Of a DNA stretch of 64,000 nt, positions 58,260 through 64,000 are shown one piece after another. A program made the position numbers and the translations under genes. A model generated the notes under the pieces. It made no database searches. It was given only the letters and a program-made list of their open reading frames with translations, and was not told the origin of the DNA. Location of the stretch: the NCBI GenBank assembly GCA_963803435.1, contig CAWDML010000010.1:93485-157484 (forward strand), in the 5' to 3' direction. Position 1 is the stretch's first letter; every line of letters starts with the position of its first letter. Source of the stretch: an uncultured delta proteobacterium (lineage in GTDB: Bacteria; Myxococcota; Kuafuiibacteriia; Kuafuiibacteriales; Kuafuiibacteriaceae).

Positions 58260-60691
58260 GAGCCGGCGACCTCCAGAGGGCGCGGTCGGGCTGCCAGCCG
58301 CGGGCGCAGCACTCGAAAGGCCAGTACGCGCACACCGCTCAACACGAACATCCAGACGATCGCGTAGCCCCAGATCCCGAGGGCCATCCACCAGGGGATG
58401 GGCGACACGAGCCATCCGAAGATCGCGACGAGCGTGCCCAAGAGCTGCGTGCCCTCCAGGGCCACGAGGAGCGTCCAGCTCGGCCAGGGGCGGCGCCAGA
58501 ACCAATCGCGAACACGCGTGACGTAGATGGTCATGTGCCCGGCCACCAGGAGCTTGAGGAAGACCACAGTTTGGAGCTCCTCGAGCGGAAGCCGCAGGAT
58601 CGAGCCTGCAAACCAGAAGAGCAGGGAGGACGCCAGCACGCCGGTCAGGCCGAGTAGAGAGGCATCGGCGAGCACCCAGCGCATGTTCCACCGGACCGGC
58701 TGCGGCGATGTCCGCGTGTTGTCCGTGGCGATGGTCATGATGGGGATGTCGTTGAGGATCGCCAACAGCGCGACCATGATCGCCGAGACCGGATAGATGC
58801 CGAGGAATGCGATCGTCCCCGCGATGAAGAGCACCATCCTCATCGTCTCCGCGATGCGGAAGGTGGCGTAGCTCAGCATGCGCTCGAAGATCCGTCTTGC
58901 CTCTTCGATCGCTCCGATGATCACGCCCAACCCGGGCCGCGTGAGGACGATGTCGGACGCTGCCCGCGCCGCGTCCGTCGCCGACGAGACCGCGAACCCG
59001 ACGTCCGCCTTCTTGAGGGCTGGAGCATCGTTCACGCCGTCGCCCGTCATGGCGACGATGCGTCCCGTACCTTGAAAGCGCTCGACGATGTGGAACTTGT
59101 CCTCCGGCGTGACCTCCGCGAAGCCGTCCGCCAACATCGCTCGCTCGACCCGCTGTGGGTCGTCCGAGTCGAGCCAGTCGGCCTCGACGATGTCGTCGCC
59201 GAGCCCGACCTGAGCGGCGACCTGGCGCGCGATGGCCTCATGGTCCCCGGTCACCATTCGGACGTCGACGTTGCGGGCCCGGGCCTCTGCGATCACACGT
59301 GCCGACTCCTCCCGCGGCGGGTCGAGGAGCGAGAGCAGCCCCAGGAAGCGCCACTCGACGCCGTCGCGGCGCGCGACCCCAAGAGCCCTGAAGCCGGCGG
59401 CGGCGAGCGACTCGACCTCCTGGGAGACTCGGTCTCGCAGTCGTTGATCGGGCCGGCACAACGCCAGCACCACCTGCGGAGCGCCCTTGGCTACCCGGAA
59501 GGTGTCGCGGCCGTGCACGACCTCGGACTCGGCCAGCTTCCGGGTGGAGTCGAAGGATTGAAACTTCCGGATCTCGAAACGGTCGAGTCGGTGGGCGTCG
59601 ACCGCTGACAGGATCGCTGCGTCGATCGCGTCGCGCTCCTCGCTCCGATCCGCGGTCAGCGCCGCCGCCACCAGCAGCTCGCCCTGGTCCTTCGCCTCGA
59701 TGATGACCGGCGCTTGCAGCTCGATCTCGTTGATCGTCAGCGTGCCCGTCTTGTCGGAGAACAGGATCTCGACCCCGGCGAGCTCTTCCATGGCCGCGAG
59801 CCGCGAGACGATCGCCTTCTGCGCGGCCAGTCTCCGCGCGCCCACGGCCATCGTCACCGAGAGGACTGCAGGCAATGCCACCGGGATCCCCGCCACCGTG
59901 AGGATGAGGGCGAAGAGGAGGACGTCCATCCAGCCGGCGGCCCGCACCAGCTCGATCGAGACGACGGCGAGCACGAGGACCGCGGTCGCCGCCATCAGGA
60001 AGTATCCGATCCGGAGCACGGCCTTCTGGAAGTGGGAGCGGTCCTGCACGCCCGCTACCAGCTCGACGGTCCGCCCGAAGCGCGTCGAACGACCGGTGCC
60101 GATCACCAGAGCCCTCGCCTCACCGCGCTTGACGGCCGTTCCGGTGTAGACGCTCGTCCCGGCGCTCTTGTCGACCGGGAGCGACTCGCCGGTGAGGGCG
60201 GACTCATCGACCGAGAGCGCCTCGCCGAGCAGCTTTCCGTCCGCAGGCACGACATCCCCACGCCTCAGGACGATCACGTCTCCTGGGACGAGTGTCCGCG
60301 CATCGATCGTCTCCCGGAGGCCGTCGCGCAGCACGCGCGCCCTCGGAGCGAGCGTCTCCTTGAGGGCGTCGATCGCCTCGGCCGCACGGCTTTCGTGCCA
60401 CCAGCCCACGCCTCCGTTGATCAGGAGCATTCCGAAGACGACAGCGAGCTCGTCCCAGCGCCGTCCGATCCCGGAGAGCACACACGCTGCCTCCAGCATC
60501 CACGGGATGGGGCCCCAGAAGTACGAGAGGAACCTGACAAGCGGGCTCTTCTTCTCCTCCTCGATGGTATTGGCGCCGTACCTCTCGAGCCGTTGCCTCG
60601 CCTCATCCGTGCTGAGACCTCGCGCTGTGTCGGTGCGAAGCCGGACGAGTGCCTGATCGAGGCTCGTCTCTTCGAGCGCGGTCGAGGGCAT
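58256..60691 (-). CDS. P-type ATPase, plasma-membrane proton-efflux (type IIIA)
   Basis: FWGPIPWMLE, TGES, GIPVALP, DKTGTLT, KGAP, GDGVNDAP, LAILND.P. Confidence 0.9.
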   Translation of the reverse strand: MPSTALEETSLDQALVRLRTDTARGLSTDEARQRLERYGANTIEEEKKSPLVRFLSYFWGPIPWMLEAACVLSGIGRRWDELAVVFGMLLINGGVGWWHESRAAEAIDALKETLAPRARVLRDGLRETIDARTLVPGDVIVLRRGDVVPADGKLLGEALSVDESALTGESLPVDKSAGTSVYTGTAVKRGEARALVIGTGRSTRFGRTVELVAGVQDRSHFQKAVLRIGYFLMAATAVLVLAVVSIELVRAAGWMDVLLFALILTVAGIPVALPAVLSVTMAVGARRLAAQKAIVSRLAAMEELAGVEILFSDKTGTLTINEIELQAPVIIEAKDQGELLVAAALTADRSEERDAIDAAILSAVDAHRLDRFEIRKFQSFDSTRKLAESEVVHGRDTFRVAKGAPQVVLALCRPDQRLRDRVSQEVESLAAAGFRALGVARRDGVEWRFLGLLSLLDPPREESARVIAEARARNVDVRMVTGDHEAIARQVAAQVGLGDDIVEADWLDSDDPQRVERAMLADGFAEVTPEDKFHIVERFQGTGRIVAMTGDGVNDAPALKKADVGFAVSSATDAARAASDIVLTRPGLGVIIGAIEEARRIFERMLSYATFRIAETMRMVLFIAGTIAFLGIYPVSAIMVALLAILNDIPIMTIATDNTRTSPQPVRWNMRWVLADASLLGLTGVLASSLLFWFAGSILRLPLEELQTVVFLKLLVAGHMTIYVTRVRDWFWRRPWPSWTLLVALEGTQLLGTLVAIFGWLVSPIPWWMALGIWGYAIVWMFVLSGVRVLAFRVLRPRLAARPRPLEVAGS

Positions 60692-60772
60692 GAGACCTCC
60701 CTGTCCTCATGCAAGCTCATGCAAGAAGATGGCCTGGGTCGGAGCGCGATCTCTGCGCTGGAGGGGGCGCGT

Positions 60773-62091
60773 TCAGGTGCCTCCGCGGATCACGTCGATG
60801 CAGAGCGAGATCTGCTGGGGCGTCTTCACGTCCGGAACGCGGACGGCGATCCGATGCCAGGCGTCGCTCCGCGCCTCGACCTCGATCGTGCGGCCGGACG
60901 CGAGGGCGCCCTCGAGGAGGACCGCGCCGAACTGGGGTCGCGACGCACCCGCGGGATCGTCCGCGTCCCAGGCCATCCCGCGGTGCGCTTGGATCAGGAT
61001 CGAGGTGCCGTCGGGGCGCCGGCGGCGACGAGCTCGAGCCTGTCGCCGCGTGCGAGCGCCGCGTAGTAGCGGAGCTCGCAGACCCCGCGGTCGCAGAGCT
61101 CCGGCTCGAGCGTGCCGACGATCGACGTCGGGCCCGAGGTGCAGCGGGTGCCGGCGGCCCAGGGACGGGCGTCGGGGTAGAGGTAGCCGGATCTGCGGAC
61201 GAGGCGGTGCTCGATGACGAACGGCTCGGGCGTCGCGCGGTAGAGCGGATAGCTGGGCGGCCAGTCGGAGAGCTCGGGCGTGCGGTCGACGATCGTCTGG
61301 CGGAACGCCAGGAGGAACAGAGGGGAGACCAGGGAGATACCGAGGACGTACCAGAGGACGAATCTCCCCACCCGAGCGCGCTCGCGGCGGTATGCGTCGC
61401 GCGCCGAGGCGGTCTCGAGGAGGAGGCGCTTCGTCTCCGCCGCCAGCTCCTTCACCCACGGGGTCGGAACGATCAGCAGGTTGTCGGCGCCGCAGTACGC
61501 GCAGGCGACCCCGATGCGCTCCTGTTCGGCGAAGAGCGGGGCGCCGCAGAGGCGGCACTCGGCAGCGCCGCCCTCGAGCCGAGGAGGTCGCGCGGCCAGG
61601 GCCTGCTGGAGACCGCCCCGCGAGATCGCGCGGCGCTGACCGAGGACGCCGAGGATCGCCCCGACGTACGCGAACACGAAGCCGACGGCCACGGCGTTCC
61701 AGTTCGACTGCCCGGCGAGCCAGGTGTCGAAGTAGTTCGCGGGGCCCACCACCGAGGCGGCCCAGGTCACGACCAGCTCCGCGAAGACGGCGGCGATGAA
61801 CATCGCGGGGAACACACCGAGCGCCAGCGACAGCGGGTTGAACCAGCCCCACAGCACGCGCAGGATCCATGCGGGCTGCCGGGCCAGACGGCCGTAGAGC
61901 GCCTGCGCCGGCACGTCCGCTTCGGCGCGCCGCACGCTCTCGTCCCGCAGCGTGCGATACGCGATCGGGATCTCGACCTGCGCGCTGCAGTGACCACACG
62001 CGACGCGCTCACCCGGCCCGAGCGGGACCGGTGCACCGCATTCTCGACACGTCAGGGGCTCGAGCCGCGGGACCCCACCTCGCTGAGGCAC
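60773..62091 (-). CDS. zinc-ribbon membrane protein, frameshift ~61015
   Basis: Two CxxCGAP...CxxC pairs and TM helices; indel in the G-run 61013-61016 joins the downstream frame. Confidence 0.55.
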
Positions 62092-62130
62092 GGGCCGAAC
62101 GTATCACCGCAGGGTCGCGCCGTCGCGGAG

Positions 62131-63946
62131 TCAGCGCGCTCGCGCGGCGGGGCAGGTCCCGTCGGGCGACCAGAGCTCGCTTCCGACGCAGTGATGGCAG
62201 AAGAACACGCCGTCGGGATCGTACTTCTTCTTGATCTCGAGGAGCCTGGGATAGCTCGCACCCCAGAAGGCACTCTGCCAGTCGGGCTCGAAGTAATCGG
62301 TCTCGTTCACGTACGAGCCCGCGCCCGGGGTGGCGTCGCGGATCGCCTTCATCCCGGCTGCGACCCTCGTCTTCTCGGCGGCGCCGGCGACGGCGTCGGG
62401 TGCATGGCCGGCGACACCGGGAAAGGCGGCGCGCGCGTTCGCAGCCATGATCACCAGCGCGGCGGCGTCGAAGACCGCCGGGTTCATCGACGTCTCCTTG
62501 CTGCGGGCGAGCGCGTCGGGCGCGGCGCCGGCGAGCCCCTTGTTGAAGTGGAGGGCTACCGGCCAGCTTCGCGACGCCCGGAGGAGCAGGCGGGCGAGCT
62601 CGGGCGCGGCCTCCTCATCGAAGAGATCGAGCGGGAGCCACCGCGACTGGTAGGCGTACCAGTAGGCGGAGACCTCCTCCTGGTTGGTCGCCCAGAAGAA
62701 GAGGTGCTGCGAGGCGTCGGTCGTGCGGGCGCGGACGATGGCGCTCGGCAGGCTCCGCTCCAGGAAGTCGACGTCCCACAGGCGGCCAGCCGGGATCGCG
62801 ACGAAGTCGACCTTCGCCTCGAGCTGCGCCGGCCGCGCTGCCACCCAGTCGAGGAACGGCCTCCAGGTGTCGCGGGCCTCCTGCTCGCTCAGCCCCTCGA
62901 AGAGCATCGACACGTTCAGAGAGTTGTCGGGCCGCACCGTGATCTGCTCACCCCAATGCTCCTCGCTCAGACGCGCGCGATAGAAGCGGACGAACGCCTC
63001 GAGGAGGGTCGCGAACGCCTCGTCCGTCTTCGCGGTGATCGTGCCACCGACCGCGCCGAACGTCTCCGGGAGCGGGTGGGTCATCAGCGTCACCCGCGAG
63101 ACCACGCCGAACGTACCGCCGCCGCCGCCGCGCAGCGCCCAGAAGAGATCCGAGTGCTGACAACGGTTCGCGATCACGATCCGTCCGTCGGCGGTGACGA
63201 CCTCCATCTCGAGCGCGTTCGCGGCGCCGGTCCCGAACTTCTTCGAAAAGCTCCCAAAACCTCCGCCCTGCAGGAACCCGCCCGCCGCGCCCACCGAGGT
63301 GCACCCGCCGCCCTGGACGTAGCGCCCGTGCTTCACGGCGACCGCCTCGTAGACCTCGCCCCAGCGCGCGCCTGCCTGGACCGAGACCGCGGGCACGCCG
63401 GCCTCCGTCCCGGGGCAACCGGCCGGAACGAACGCATCGTCGATCGCGATCGATCGCATCCGGTGCGTCCAGACGAGGAGCGAGCCCGGTGCGCTGGAGC
63501 GACCGAGATAGTCGTGCCCCGCGCCCTTGACGACGAGCCGAAGGTGATGCTGGTGCGCGAACGCGACGGCGGCGGCGATGTCGGAGACGTTCTCGGCGGC
63601 GACCGCGTATGCGCTCGGCGCGCTGGTCCACGCGCCCAGCCAGCCCGTCGACTCGGTGGCGCCGGCCTGCTCCTGGATCGAGAAGGGATTCCTCGAGCGT
63701 GCCGAGGGCGGCGAGACAACCTGGGCCGGCGGCGTCGGTCCGGCAGTCGGCCGTCGGTGAGGCCGGCTGCTCCAGCTTGCCGGTCAGGTGCGCGGCGAGC
63801 GCCTGCCAGGCCACGGGCTCGGGCCAGCAGGGCGCCTCGGGCGCGCAACGGCAGGCGGGCCTCGCGTTCGCGGCGGACGGGGCGGCCGACGGGGTTCGAC
63901 ATGCGGCGCCGAGGAGAGCACTCGCGAAGAACACGGTCAGGCGCAT
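62131..63946 (-). CDS. FAD-linked oxidase (berberine-bridge/VAO family), frameshift ~63693
   Basis: Lipoprotein-like start; KGAGHDYLGRS, VGAAGGFLQGGG, DLFWALRGGG, YVNE, KKKYDP. Confidence 0.88.
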
Positions 63947-64000
63947 CGGCGCGCCGTACACCTCGGCGCCGGCTCCGGGCAAGTTGCGCGTCCGCTAGTC

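Overview
High-GC (roughly 70%, judged by eye) bacterial DNA with myxobacterial-type content: a Ser/Thr kinase, Cys-rich surface lipoproteins and TPR/Pro-rich proteins. Several single-base frameshifts in otherwise intact genes suggest uncorrected long-read errors. Ordinary content: tgt plus an MnmC-type methyltransferase, DUF2092, an RDD-SpoIIM-DUF4129/DUF4350-MoxR-DUF58 operon, czcCBA, a lipase maturation factor, hypF, a P-type H+-ATPase/GH65/trehalose-phosphatase operon and a BBE-like oxidase. No rRNA, tRNA or CRISPR array was seen. The most unusual items: (1) a stand-alone 248-aa copy of the RNA polymerase beta' N-terminal clamp region lacking its Zn-binding domain and lid and with a remodelled sigma-binding helix pair (26314-27060); (2) next to it, a tandem two-gene module of a Pro-rich surface protein plus a secreted cargo, where one cargo is a colicin D-like tRNase with a convergent candidate immunity gene (27099-30687); (3) a 392-bp CTAG-bounded element with IS1182-type ends carrying a four-helix-bundle gene fragment (41242-41633); (4) a 10-loop EF-hand-like repeat protein with a T3SS-filament-like C-terminus and a stand-alone paralogue of that C-terminus (42585-45405); (5) a ~6-kb accessory segment flanked by an imperfect direct duplication of the trehalose-phosphatase/hypF junction. 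Family assignments come from motif recognition by eye, not database searches.
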